A stretch of 64,000 bases of DNA from an uncultured delta proteobacterium (GCA_963733195.1 CAVTCR010000009.1:120255-184254), one strand, 5' to 3'. Counted from the stretch's first letter, positions 51,732 to 61,986 are shown. The notes: generated by a model from the sequence alone, not told the origin. Numbers and translations are program-made.

Positions 51732-52775
51732 TTAGCGGTAGTGACGAATGATCTCCTGAGAAAATTCGACGATGCTTTCTTCGACATATCCCCATGGTGG
51801 AGAGATGACGAACTGTGAGAGTCCAGTTGCGGAGAGTTTTCTGAGCGCAATAATGACTTCATCACGTGTGCCGGTCAGACTCATAGCCTTGATCGCTTCC
51901 GGAGTGATAAAGGCTTCCTCTCCAGGGTGAAGAAAGCGCGAGTGGGTCGCGTGAATCTCGGCCCAACGTTTATCAAGATACGCGCAGTATTCAGGCGTCA
52001 AGAAAGGTTGCAAATACGCTGGCGCAGGTTTTCCTTGCCGCATGACTTCGTACCCGTAGTGTAAAGCGACCGCAATACGTGGCCCGACACGAGCCAGCAC
52101 TCGTGGTGAGGTTATCTCTTCGCCAGGCCGTAACACACACGCAATCCCTACGGTAACAACAGGAAACTCCGCTTGTTGTGTACGCTGTTGCGCCACTGGG
52201 ACCAGCGTCGTGCGCAGGGCCTCTGGGGACAAGGTACTAATAGTAATAAGCCCATCGCCAAGCGCCCCGGCAATACCAAGCGCTTTTGGCGATGCTGCCG
52301 CAACGTAGATCGGAATCGGATCACGGACATTTATATAGCCATGCTCACGATCGAAAAAGCGAATGAGGCTGTGAGACCCGCGCTCGTGGTACTCGACTTC
52401 TTCCCCACGTAATAATCCCCGACAGACCTCAATCGCATGCCGGAATGTTTGTAAACGTACTGGTTGCATGCCCATCGCCCGCCACGCAGTGTGGCCAGTC
52501 CCAATCCCGAGGATCACACGGCCAGGAGCGAGTTGATTGATAGTCGCAATCGAGTGAGCAATCACTGGTGCGATGCGCGTACCCGCAATAGTGACTGCCG
52601 TACCCAGACGAATCTGAGATGTATGCTCAGCAGCCAACGTCATACAGGCATAGACGTCAGATGCGAGCATCTGCGTGTCGACGAACCAGGCGTTGGTAAA
52701 CCCCATCTGTTCGGCGAGCATGGCGTGCTTCCAGCTATTACCGATGTGCGATTGAAAACTGACTCCGAAATCCAT
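51732..52775 (-). CDS. LLM class flavin-dependent oxidoreductase
   Basis: AEQMGF..WFVD, IRLGTAV, GRVILGIGTG, IPIYVAA, GDG. Confidence 0.88.
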   Translation of the reverse strand: MDFGVSFQSHIGNSWKHAMLAEQMGFTNAWFVDTQMLASDVYACMTLAAEHTSQIRLGTAVTIAGTRIAPVIAHSIATINQLAPGRVILGIGTGHTAWRAMGMQPVRLQTFRHAIEVCRGLLRGEEVEYHERGSHSLIRFFDREHGYINVRDPIPIYVAAASPKALGIAGALGDGLITISTLSPEALRTTLVPVAQQRTQQAEFPVVTVGIACVLRPGEEITSPRVLARVGPRIAVALHYGYEVMRQGKPAPAYLQPFLTPEYCAYLDKRWAEIHATHSRFLHPGEEAFITPEAIKAMSLTGTRDEVIIALRKLSATGLSQFVISPPWGYVEESIVEFSQEIIRHYR

Positions 52776-52814
52776 ACTGTCCCCCAAAACAGGAAGTGCG
52801 CCTCACCACAACCT

Positions 52815-52934
52815 GGGGAAAAGGTGAAAAGGGAAAACGGGTAAAGGGTAGGAAAAGTCTGAGTCAAGCTTTTCTTCTTTTCTCACCGTTTCCCCTTTTA
52901 CCCATTTCGCCATTTCCCCCTTTCCTTTTTCCCC
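52815..52934. repeat. Octamer inverted repeat element
   Basis: TGGGGAAA AGGTGAAA AGGGAAAA CGGGTAAA ... TTTCCCCT TTTACCCA TTTCGCCA TTTCCCCC. Confidence 0.65.
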
Positions 52935-53879
52935 TCATTCTAAGCGCATCCCCTCTCTTCGTCTTACGTCGTTGAGATAGGCAAGGATACCTTCTTCGAC
53001 CGTATACTTAGGAGTAAAGTCCAGTTCCTTTTGCAGTCGGTCAGTCTTTACGAGCGTAGTCATGGTAAACGGTTTCTCACTTACAGAGATCTTTGCTTGA
53101 GGCAAAATCTCACGCAAGTATGTTGTAATCTCGCCGGTATTTCGGCACATACCACTCATATTGAAGATGCGGTGGGTAAGATTCTTCGCATAGTAAGCAC
53201 GACGAAACACCTCAGCAGCATCGAGTACATACATCCAGTCTGAAACTTGCTCGTTTGGTGGCATCACCACCGGTTTTCCCAGAAGCGCTAATTCCGGGGA
53301 GACCATGAAATGGTCTGACTCTGCCCCACGTCGCTGCCCACGTCCCATGCCAAACACCGAGGTTGGTCGAATGCCGATCGTGTCAAGACCATACGCCTGC
53401 GCGTAATAGCTCGCGATATGTTCATTAAACAACTTACAGGCACCATACACCGAGTCCGGCGTAGGTGGATCGTCTTCACTCAGCTCCGGTCCACCAAGGG
53501 TTGTACGCATCGGATACACGGCTACCGAGCTCATATACACTACACGAGGAATTCCTGTGAGTCGTGCTGCTTCGAAAATATTCGTTGTCCCTATACAGTT
53601 CACATTAATCGACGGGAGCGGATTACGAATTCCTCCAGTTCCGAGAAAATATGCGAGATGAATAATCCCTTCGACTTTATACTTCTTGATCGTATCGATC
53701 AGTGCGGTTACTTCCATCACATCGCCAGGCACGACCTTTACCTGCGAGGCAGCGTCGGCAATCGCTGCCATGTTTGGAACCGCATCAAGAACGACTACAT
53801 CTTTTTCGCCGTTCGCTATCAGGTGTCGAGTCAAATGCCGTCCAAGAAAACCAGTTCCCCCAGTGACGAGAATTGCCAT
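52935..53879 (-). CDS. NAD-dependent epimerase/dehydratase (extended SDR)
   Basis: TGGTGFLG, HLAY, SSVAVY, YGACK. Confidence 0.9.
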   Translation of the reverse strand: MAILVTGGTGFLGRHLTRHLIANGEKDVVVLDAVPNMAAIADAASQVKVVPGDVMEVTALIDTIKKYKVEGIIHLAYFLGTGGIRNPLPSINVNCIGTTNIFEAARLTGIPRVVYMSSVAVYPMRTTLGGPELSEDDPPTPDSVYGACKLFNEHIASYYAQAYGLDTIGIRPTSVFGMGRGQRRGAESDHFMVSPELALLGKPVVMPPNEQVSDWMYVLDAAEVFRRAYYAKNLTHRIFNMSGMCRNTGEITTYLREILPQAKISVSEKPFTMTTLVKTDRLQKELDFTPKYTVEEGILAYLNDVRRREGMRLE

Positions 53880-53998
53880 TGCTCACTCCTCCTTTATCTT
53901 CGCTCCTTACCACAGAGGCACTCTGGTTGACAGCCTCAAACGAACCGACTCAGATCCCCCATCTTGCACCTGTTGTCAGAGCCATGTATCGAGAGCGC

Positions 53999-54487
53999 AT
54001 GGTCATTATTCTCATGGGTGTATCAGGTTCAGGCAAAACAACCATTGGACAACTCCTTGCCCAGGACCTTGGTTGGATCTTCTATGATGGCGATGATTTT
54101 CATCCGCAAGTGAACATCGACAAGATGCGACAAGGGATTCCCCTGACCGATGACGACCGCGATTCTTGGCTCACCGCCTTGCAACAGTTGATCGATAATC
54201 TTCTACAAAACAACCAATCTGCCGTGCTGGCATGCTCAGCGCTCAAGCATGTGTATCGCAATCGGCTTCAACGGCACTCAGAAAATATTCGCTTTGTCTA
54301 TTTGAAAGGGGACTACAATCTCCTTCGCCAGCGACTCGCCGCTCGTCAGGGACACTTTATGCGCGCCGATCTTCTTGAGAGCCAGTTTGCTACCCTTGAA
54401 GAGCCGAACGATGCTCTTATTGTCGACATTGCTCAGCCGCCTGAAACGATTGTTGCAGCCATCAAAGGTGCTCTTCTGTTAATGTAA
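53999..54487 (+). CDS. gntK: Gluconokinase
   Basis: MGVSGSGKTT, DGDDFHP..NIDKM, PLTDDDR, ACSALK, HFM..LLESQFATLEEP. Confidence 0.93.
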   Translation: MVIILMGVSGSGKTTIGQLLAQDLGWIFYDGDDFHPQVNIDKMRQGIPLTDDDRDSWLTALQQLIDNLLQNNQSAVLACSALKHVYRNRLQRHSENIRFVYLKGDYNLLRQRLAARQGHFMRADLLESQFATLEEPNDALIVDIAQPPETIVAAIKGALLLM

Positions 54488-54600
54488 ACACCCTATACTC
54501 ACGTACACAGGCATTTGAGCGCGCCGGTTCAGGCAGGGGCCAATTCTGATTGACAACAACCTACGATCGGGAGTAGAGCCCCTCATAAGAGGGATCATGT

Positions 54601-56166
54601 ATGGCTTCTGCTACCCGCTTTCTGCTGGCCAGCTTCGTCAGCCTCCTTGTGTTAGAGGGATGCGGTTCCCCCCGAGTTGCTCGTCCACCAGCGGGACCAG
54701 TCACCCTCGTGGACTTCCTGCAAACGTATAATGCTTATGCCACTGGCCAGTTGTACCTCAAACGCGGCCAGCACGAAGAGGCACTCGTCGAGTATAAACA
54801 AAGTCTGCATCAGTTTACGCGTCTCGACAACGCGGCGCGAACTGTCTTGCGTGACGAGTACGGCCTCACACAGGAACAAGTCGAACGAGAACTTGCCATC
54901 GCCAGTGCGTTAGCTCAGCAGGAAGCAACAGCGAAAGGGGACAACGCCGCGCTGGAGAAGTTCCGGGAACAAGTTCTCGCCGGATTCTATCCGTATGGTC
55001 GAGGAACCCCAACAGTTAGTGATATTCACTCAGGAACACAGATCGCCCAGGGTAACTGGCAAATGGCACAAGACCTTCTGCCCCGGGAGATTCTTGCTGC
55101 GGTTGTCAGTGGACACTTTGCCATTACTCTCCAAGCCACAACGGATCTTCCGCCCAGTGATGAGTATGTCGTCGCTACTATGGGTGGAAATAACGTTCAG
55201 CTCTCTGCTGATGGGGAATTAATAGCTTATGCCGCAGGTCGCCCTTTCCCGACTCTCGAGGCTAACGACGCCCAAGCCGGATTGAAAGCAGCGTGGAACT
55301 TGCGCTATCGCGATGCCGGAGACCGTGTGGAGCAGTGGAGCGATACGATGGTGTTCGATAGTCAAAACCGCAAGCAGTATGGCTTCTCGTCGTATTATGC
55401 ACGTGCCTGTGGAATGTATCGCGCTAAGCAGCAAGACAACGTTCCGGAGTGGGAACAAAGTGGGGTCGTCTGTAAAGAGTTTTCCCATATTTTTGCGCTT
55501 CCTACCGCCACGCAAACCTCTCACCCTTTCGGCAGAGCCAATCCTGGAGAACCAGCTCTCGCTTTACGCTATCGCTATGCGAACGATCATCGACCGGTGA
55601 GCCAATGGATTCTCAGTCCAGCGGGACGGAAGGTGCAAACGCAAGCCTATAACCCCGAAGCCTCAGCACTTGGAGCTGCGGCGATCGTAGAAGACGTTAT
55701 CGGTGGGCAAATCGTTACGCATACATGGAAACTCCTGGCGACAACTCTCGCGCTCGTACCGGGATTCATCCAGAACCAGCAGGTACTCTTTGGCGGGTTC
55801 AACGGCGGATATCCACTTGATCCATGGGAACTCCGCCATGTGTATGTCCTCGAAATGACTCCCCGGAGTCCTCATCATCCGTACCGTCGCAAAGTTCTTT
55901 ATGTCGATCAGCAAACTTTTGTGCCGTTCTATGGGATTATTTTCGGCACAGATAATACTCATTGGCGGACGATATTTTTTGTCTACGGTCAACCGCAATT
56001 CCAGCCAGAAGGGAAGGATATCCAAGTACCGATCTTGCTCGGGCAATCGTGGGTTGACTACCAAACACGGTATGCAACCATCGCCTTAGTGAACAAGGTA
56101 GTGTACAACCACGCACTCTCCCCTGACCTGTTCACGCTGAGTAGTTTGATGAGGCATGGAAAGTAG
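54601..56166 (+). CDS. Lipoprotein with N-terminal TPR-like helix pair and DUF1329 domain
   Basis: Lipobox LEGC; GRPFP..AGLKAAWN; WELRHVYVLE..HPYRRKVLYVD. Confidence 0.75.
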   Translation: MASATRFLLASFVSLLVLEGCGSPRVARPPAGPVTLVDFLQTYNAYATGQLYLKRGQHEEALVEYKQSLHQFTRLDNAARTVLRDEYGLTQEQVERELAIASALAQQEATAKGDNAALEKFREQVLAGFYPYGRGTPTVSDIHSGTQIAQGNWQMAQDLLPREILAAVVSGHFAITLQATTDLPPSDEYVVATMGGNNVQLSADGELIAYAAGRPFPTLEANDAQAGLKAAWNLRYRDAGDRVEQWSDTMVFDSQNRKQYGFSSYYARACGMYRAKQQDNVPEWEQSGVVCKEFSHIFALPTATQTSHPFGRANPGEPALALRYRYANDHRPVSQWILSPAGRKVQTQAYNPEASALGAAAIVEDVIGGQIVTHTWKLLATTLALVPGFIQNQQVLFGGFNGGYPLDPWELRHVYVLEMTPRSPHHPYRRKVLYVDQQTFVPFYGIIFGTDNTHWRTIFFVYGQPQFQPEGKDIQVPILLGQSWVDYQTRYATIALVNKVVYNHALSPDLFTLSSLMRHGK

Positions 56167-56326
56167 GTCACAAGCGGAAACGGGCGGAGGCGTATCAGTA
56201 AGCACCTCTACAAGGCTTCTTCCATTCTTCCGTCGTGCGGTCATGAAGTGCAGCTCTCAAGAAGTGAATGGTGGGTACGTTAACTGCGGCGGTCGTAGAA
56301 GTGACGCTCAGCCCTTGCTCTTTGTA

Positions 56327-57599
56327 TCATTTTGCCAGTACATCTTTCTGCGAGGTTCTTACCGAGCCGTGTTCTGGGTCGAACTCTATCATGCGTACAG
56401 GCACGCAGCACCCGAGAATGATCGCGCCAAGCAGGCATCCCGCAGCAGCAGTGTAGAACGGGAATGACCAGTCATTCGTCTGCGTGACGATATAGCCTGC
56501 CACCATTGGGCTGAAGAAGCCGCCGAAGTTGCCACCGAAGTTCATGATGCTGGCAATCGACCCGGCTAACCTCGCGTTCATTTCTACCGGAATACTCCAG
56601 AACGCCACCAAGCCGAGTGTGGTCAATAACTGAAAAACCGCAAAAGCAAAGACCGCATGCATAGGCGATGCGATCGTCGCTGCCAAAGCTAAGAACGGGG
56701 CAGAACAGGCAATCGCAATCGCAGGAATTCCTTTTCTTGCCCAGGCTTTATTCACTCCCTGTTTTGTCAACCAATCTGACAATACTCCTCCACCAAGCAC
56801 ACCCAACCAATCCCCCAGCAACTGGTAACATGCCCACCCATCCCATTTCCTGAATGGTGAATCCGCGCGCTTTGACCAAATACGTGGGAAGCCACGCAAC
56901 AACCATTGCCAATCCATAGGCCCAGAAGAAATAAGCAAGGGCCAGCGCTATCACCGCCGGGCTTCCGAGTAACAGGCCAATCGGGACTTTCGTTTTGTCG
57001 GCTTTCTCTTCACTCTGTACTACCTGTGAATCTTTTGGTCGGTCAGCTCCCTTCCACAACCACAGGGCAATCCACAAGAAGCCCACCACCGCATTACAAT
57101 AGAATACCGCTCGCCAGGAAAAGTTTTTCACGATCCAGGTTGAGATCGGGTAAGCGATTAATTGCCCGGCATAAATACCGGAGAGGCTGATCATCTGTGC
57201 GACCCCAAGTTCATGCTTTGGCACCCATCGTGAATTGATCACTGTCGCAGCGGGCAAACTGATCGCTTCAAATGCGCCAACAAGAAACCGGAGTGTCAGC
57301 ATCAGCAAAAACGAGTGCTGCCCCAGTGGTGTTAGGAACGTAAAGAACGACCAGCCAAAACAGGCAACCGCCAGGAGCATTTTCGGGCTCTGCGTATCAG
57401 CCAACAATCCGCTGGGAATCATGAACGCGGCGTAACCGAAGACAAACGCAGAAAACACAACCCCAAACCACGCGGTGTCCCATCCTAACTCGGGCATCAT
57501 CACTGGTGCCGTGATGGAGATGTTCACGCGGTCAATGTAATTCACCAGCGAGAGCAAGAAGAGCAGCAGGAGAATTGAATAGCGTGGAGGCCAGTGCAT
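56327..57599 (-). CDS. MFS transporter, anion:cation symporter-like (frameshift in G-run ~56803)
   Basis: NYIDRVNISI, IPSGLLAD, WVPKHE, WLPTYL; joins ORFs 56748-57632 and 56327-56938. Confidence 0.82.
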
Positions 57600-57630
57600 A
57601 GCAAAGTGTCCCTTTTCGTCGTCGATGCCC

Positions 57631-57745
57631 AAAGAGGGGAAAAGGCAAAAAGGGGAACCAGCGAAAGGGAAAAGGAGTAAAGGTTGTCTCTGAGAGTTCC
57701 TTTTCTCCTTTTACCCATTTCTCATTTCGCCATTTTCCCCCGCAC
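57631..57745. repeat. Octamer inverted repeat element
   Basis: GGGGAAAA GGCAAAAA GGGGAACC ... TCTCCTTT TACCCATT TCTCATTT CGCCATTT. Confidence 0.6.
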
Positions 57746-57746
57746 C

Positions 57747-58964
57747 CTAGATCACTTCCTGTTCTTTCAGCTTGGTTACCTCGTCCCACGAATACCCGAG
57801 TGTATCAATGAGGATCTGTTCAGTGTGTTCGCCAAATTCCGGAGCTGGGGCTTTAGGATCGGCAGGAGTCTCGCTTAGAATAACGGGGTGGCCCATCACT
57901 TGAATCGGCCCCCACGCTGGGTGATCATAGTCGACAACGTAGTTATTAGCGACCATTTGCGAATCGGTCGGCAGGTCGTTCACACTATTGACGATCGTGT
58001 AAATAAAATCACCGCCTGCTTTGAGGATCTTCATCCATTCTTCGCGCGGTTTCGAAGCAAAAATCTTGTCGAGTATCGCGATGAGTTCTTCGCAGTTTTT
58101 TCCGCGTACCTTCATCGTGGCAAAACGTGGATCTTTTTCCAGTTCGGCAATCCCCAACGCTTTACAGAAGTCCGGCCAATAGCGATCCGCCTGAGGCATC
58201 GCGAAACAAATCCACTTGTCATCTTGACACCTGTAGTGATTCCACAGTGGATTGACCGCCTGGGTACGATAAAATCGCTTGAACTCTTTGCCGAGGGTGA
58301 GACGGCAGGCAAGGTTCAGCCCTTGCAGCGCCATCATGCTGCCAAGATGCGAGGTGTTCACTTCTTGTCCAACGCCGAGCCGTTCGCGTGCCAAGAGCGC
58401 GACGACAATACCGTGGGCCAGCATAATCGCACCCATCTGATCAGCAATACCGCCAGTGATATTTTGCGGGACCATGTCGGGCTCACCAACGGCGGTCATG
58501 ATGCCCGAACGCGCCAGCCCCATGTAGTCGAATGACGGCTCACCGGAATCTGGCCCTTGTGGACCGTAGCCAGTAGCGCTGGCGTAAATCAATTTCGGAT
58601 TGCAGCGTGAAAGTGTCTGGTAATCTAAGCCCAGTTTGCCAGCGACACCTTTGCGAAAGTTCTGGACAAAGACATCTGACTTTTCGATGAGCTTATAGAT
58701 AATCGCTTTGCCTTCAGGCTTTTTCAGATCGAGAGCGATGCTGCGCTTGTGGCGGTTATTGGCTTCAAAGTAGTAGTTGCGTTTGCCTTCACCGCCGGTC
58801 GCGGTGCCACCGATGCTCATCACTCCACGCCCGGGGTCACCGCCGATGCGTTCCTCGATCTTGATGACTTCTGCTCCCAGATCGCCCAGCATCATGGTGG
58901 CGACTGGACCTTGTTGCCAAATCGTCCAATCAAGCACGCGAATACCATCGAGTGGTCTGGCCAT
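57747..58964 (-). CDS. Family III CoA-transferase (CaiB/BaiF)
   Basis: PLDGIRVLD, LGAEVIKIE, DVFVQNFR, GYG..GP, APEFGEHT. Confidence 0.93.
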   Translation of the reverse strand: MARPLDGIRVLDWTIWQQGPVATMMLGDLGAEVIKIEERIGGDPGRGVMSIGGTATGGEGKRNYYFEANNRHKRSIALDLKKPEGKAIIYKLIEKSDVFVQNFRKGVAGKLGLDYQTLSRCNPKLIYASATGYGPQGPDSGEPSFDYMGLARSGIMTAVGEPDMVPQNITGGIADQMGAIMLAHGIVVALLARERLGVGQEVNTSHLGSMMALQGLNLACRLTLGKEFKRFYRTQAVNPLWNHYRCQDDKWICFAMPQADRYWPDFCKALGIAELEKDPRFATMKVRGKNCEELIAILDKIFASKPREEWMKILKAGGDFIYTIVNSVNDLPTDSQMVANNYVVDYDHPAWGPIQVMGHPVILSETPADPKAPAPEFGEHTEQILIDTLGYSWDEVTKLKEQEVI

Positions 58965-59134
58965 CGTGGATCCCTCCTTATGTGATCTGCCGTGATGTTA
59001 TGGGCGGACTCTAGCACAGGGTACAGGAGAAAAAAAAGCGAGGCATCGAACAAACGAAAGAGAACTAGTTCCGAGAGGTGATGTGACTAAACTGTACGGC
59101 TCACGTCCAGAATTTGTGCAGACCAGGCCAGTAT

Positions 59135-59237
59135 CCGTTCGTCCTGAGCCCTTCGATTCCACTTCGTTCCGCTCACCTGTGCCTGCGGCACTGGCGCAGG
59201 CAGGACAGGCTACGCGCAGCGAAGTCGAAGGATGAAC
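59135..59237. repeat. REP-like element CCGTTCGTCCTGAG..GTCGAAGGATGAACG with a nested mini-element
   Basis: Terminal CGTTCGTCCT/AGGATGAACG inverted repeats; internal CCTGTGCC..GGCGCAGG insertion. Confidence 0.6.
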
Positions 59238-59352
59238 GACATTGAGCACCCAGTTTGTAGAGGTAGAAACTCTGCGGTCTGTAGATATGGGAACGTGTTT
59301 ATAGTAATGGCAACATGTTGCTACTAATGGAAATAGGCTGTGCTGTTCAATG

Positions 59353-59381
59353 TTGCTTGTCTGTATAGTGCTGTCTATCAT
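59353..59381 (+). promoter_or_regulatory. Sigma70-like promoter for a leaderless TA operon
   Basis: TTGCTT-17bp-TATCAT, 6 nt before GTG 59388; no RBS. Confidence 0.45.
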
Positions 59382-59387
59382 ACTTCC

Positions 59388-59816
59388 GTGGCCATACCGC
59401 AGATTGTGATTGATACCAACGTTCTTGTGACCGCCCAGCGCTCCAAACGAGGTGCTTCTGCAAGGCTAATCTCTCTGGTTGGCACAGGACGGTTTGACAT
59501 TCATGTGTCCGTTCCCCTCGTATTGGAGTATGAAGCTGTGCTGTTGCGATACAAAGCAGAACTGGGGCTAACCCAAGAGGATGTCGCTGACGTAATCGAT
59601 GCGCTCTGCGCCTTGGCCAAGCACCAGAAGATTTACTTTCTGTGGAGACCCTACTTACGAGATCGGAACGATGAAATGGTGTTAGAGCTGGCCGTTGCAG
59701 CGCGCTGCGACTCCATCGTTACGTATAACCAACGAGATTTCAGCGGCGCCGACAAATTCGGCATCCGCGTGATGGACGCACGGACGTTCCTGCAAGAGAT
59801 TGGAGAGCTACCATGA
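59388..59816 (+). CDS. PIN-domain toxin (PIN_3 type)
   Basis: IVIDTNVLV, LVLEYEAVL, DRNDEMVLELAV, IVTYNQRDF. Confidence 0.9.
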   Translation: MAIPQIVIDTNVLVTAQRSKRGASARLISLVGTGRFDIHVSVPLVLEYEAVLLRYKAELGLTQEDVADVIDALCALAKHQKIYFLWRPYLRDRNDEMVLELAVAARCDSIVTYNQRDFSGADKFGIRVMDARTFLQEIGELP

Positions 59817-60049
59817 ATACTGTCAGTCTTACCCTTCCTCAGTCCCTCCAAGAGCAGGTGGAAGCCCTTGCTCAAAAAGAGGGAATCTCGGTTACGGAGT
59901 TTATTACGCTCGCGGTTGCTGAGAAGCTGGCGACGCTGGCAACGGCAGACTATCTCGCAGAGCGAGCCAAACGCGGAAGCCGAGACAAACTCTTGGCGGT
60001 GCTCGCCAAAGCGCCGGATGTAGAGCCGGAAGAGTATGACAAGCTGTAA
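59813..60049 (+). CDS. Ribbon-helix-helix antitoxin
   Basis: SLTLPQSL..LAQKEGISVTEFITLAVAEK; ATGA overlap with the toxin. Confidence 0.85.
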   Translation: MNTVSLTLPQSLQEQVEALAQKEGISVTEFITLAVAEKLATLATADYLAERAKRGSRDKLLAVLAKAPDVEPEEYDKL

Positions 60050-60080
60050 GAGAAGCCTTCTAGCCTGTCCGCGAGGCGAC

Positions 60081-60180
60081 GCCTAACTATCGCCTCCAGC
60101 GAGACGCGGCCCCGCTTGCGGTCTGAGTGAGTCTGAGCGGCTGCGGTTTAGGGCCTTGCCGCTGAGGGCGAACGTTCGGC
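60081..60180 (+). mobile_element. Integron attC-like recombination site (100 bp)
   Basis: R'' GCCTAAC; L'' CGCCTCCAGCG pairs with L' CGCTGAGGGCG; inner GGCCC/GGGCC; R' GTTCGGC; 31 bp after the antitoxin stop. Confidence 0.72.
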
Positions 60181-60286
60181 TTCACAGCAGGAGCATTAAG
60201 TAAGAGCAAACGGATATCGGGAAGTTCTTGTGTCTGAGGTCCTTTGCTGAATGCCTCAGTGTAGCGCGCTGTACGTATGAAGCGGG

Positions 60287-60389
60287 TGGCCTCAGTCTCC
60301 ACAGGGTGAGACCGAGGCCAATTTCGGTCTCTTGATCAAGAGACTTTCCATTGACGAACCATATCACCAAGCGTTAGTATTCTGGTGAT
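60287..60389 (+). promoter_or_regulatory. WYL gene promoter with candidate operators
   Basis: GTCTC-N8-GAGAC at 60295-60312 and 60327-60344; TTGACG (60351)-18bp-TAGTAT (60375); ATCACCA-N13-TGGTGAT around the -10. Confidence 0.6.
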
Positions 60390-61391
60390 GGCAACACCCA
60401 AATCCTTACGCTTCCTGCAACTCGCTGCGACCGGTCAAAACCGATCCGGCCAGACGCCAGAGCAACTCTGGAAGAACCTGGGGATCAAAAAGGCCCAGTT
60501 CAATCGCGACAAAAAGGCTCTGGAGAAGATCGGCTTTATCTTCAAGTACGACCGCAAGCAGAAGGCGGTACGTAATTACCAAAGATCCGTTTCTTCCTGT
60601 CTACGATTTGACGTTGACAGAGACGTTTGCCTTGACGATGGCCGTGCGACAGCTTTCGGCAGCAGGAGATTATCTGCTGACCTTCGGTGCCATTGACGCG
60701 ATCAAGAAAATCATCGCCAACGCTCCTGGTCCCGCAACGAGAGATGCTGAGCGACAGCCTGCGCGAATTTGTCTTACAGCAAGGATTTGGCTGTCAAGAG
60801 CGTATCTTGACAGGATCTGCAAAAGGCACTACTCGATCAAACTCGCGTCATCATTCAGTACCAGCCGCCACCTGCCGACAAGCCCAGGAATACACGGTCG
60901 ATCCGTATCAGCTCTATTTCAAGCGTCGCGCCTTGTATCTCGATGCCTACTGTCCAGAGACGCAGGATTATCGCGTGTTTCGCCTCAATCGTGTCTCCGA
61001 TGTACGGTTCACAGCGATGGCATTCCCCCGCCATGCGGACTACAACTTCACAGAGAGACACAAACACTCGTTCAGCGTCTTTGTTGGGAACACTGTGCAG
61101 TGGGTGCGAGTCCGCTTCAGCAAAGCAAGTGCGCCGTACATCCGCGAAGCCTGCTGGCATCGCTCGCAACAACTCACGCCCCAACCAGACGGCAGTTTGC
61201 TGTTTGAAGTCGAAGTCAACGACCCACGCGAAGTCGGCTGGTGGGTGTTGCAATGGGGCGCGGATGCGGAAGTGTTAGAGCCCGAGAGTTTACGGCAAGA
61301 GTTGCGGGAGACGGCGGAGCGGTTGGTGGAGTTGTACGGAAAGAAGCAGCGAGTGAAGAACAAACGCAGGGATGATGCTATGGAGAAATGA
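60388..61391 (+). CDS. HTH-WYL-WCX transcriptional regulator (PafC/BrxR-like), several frameshifts
   Basis: HTH LGIKKAQFNRDKKALE; VDPYQLYF..LYLDAYC..RVFRLNRV; WVLQWGADAEVLEPESLR. Confidence 0.85.
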
Positions 61392-61403
61392 GGAGCGCAT
61401 CTC

Positions 61404-61694
61404 ATGGAAAAGAAGAAAAATGTCCGACGAGTGCAGACGGCGAGAGCACCTGGAATAGAGCGATCAGTGCGAAGGCCCTCTCACCAAGTGTTCGAGAAGT
61501 TGCGAGGGTGGGAACCACGACACAAAGGAAAGATTGCCGCGATTGATATGGAGTCAGAGGAAATCTTTTTGGGCAAAGATGTCGTCGAAGCCACGCTCAC
61601 CGGGTGGAAGAAATATCCTGGCCGGCCCTTCTACTTCGTGCGTATTGGCTATCCGACGGTCCATCGTCGTCACGGAGGGTTACGGAAGCGATGA
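61404..61694 (+). CDS. DUF5678-like small protein
   Basis: HKGKIAAID.ES.E.FLG..KYPGRPFYFVRIG; RBS GAGGAG. Confidence 0.65.
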   Translation: MEKKKNVRRVQTARAPGIERSVRRPSHQVFEKLRGWEPRHKGKIAAIDMESEEIFLGKDVVEATLTGWKKYPGRPFYFVRIGYPTVHRRHGGLRKR

Positions 61695-61708
61695 GGAGGC
61701 AGAGAGCC

Positions 61709-61963
61709 GTGAAACGCACGTATCATCAATGCCACTTCTGTGGTACGCGTATCAGAGCACAGAAAGTTACAGTCGATTATCGTTGGGGCGAGGAGCTGAT
61801 TACCGTAACGAAAAACGTCCCCGCTGGAGTCTGCGAGGTGTGCAGAGAGAAATACTTCAAGGCTGCTGTTGTCAGAAGGCTATGACGAAAAGACGCTCAG
61901 TCCCGAGAGCAAACCGAAGGAAGTGGCTTCAGGTTCCCAGTGCGGAAGTTGAAGGTGACGTAG
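61709..61963 (+). CDS. YgiT-type Zn-finger (MqsA N-domain-like) protein, frameshifted near 61880
   Basis: CHFCG..KNVPAGVCEVCREKYF; RBS GAGGAGG before the GTG. Confidence 0.75.
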
Positions 61964-61986
61964 GGGGTAAGGGGAGTAGAAACGAT

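Noticed and set aside
60087-60302. 71-aa minus ORF, or a tRNA/ncRNA, in the structured TA-WYL gap
   Set aside because: Structure is explained by the attC-like site and operators; no cloverleaf or T-loop; the ORF has no motif
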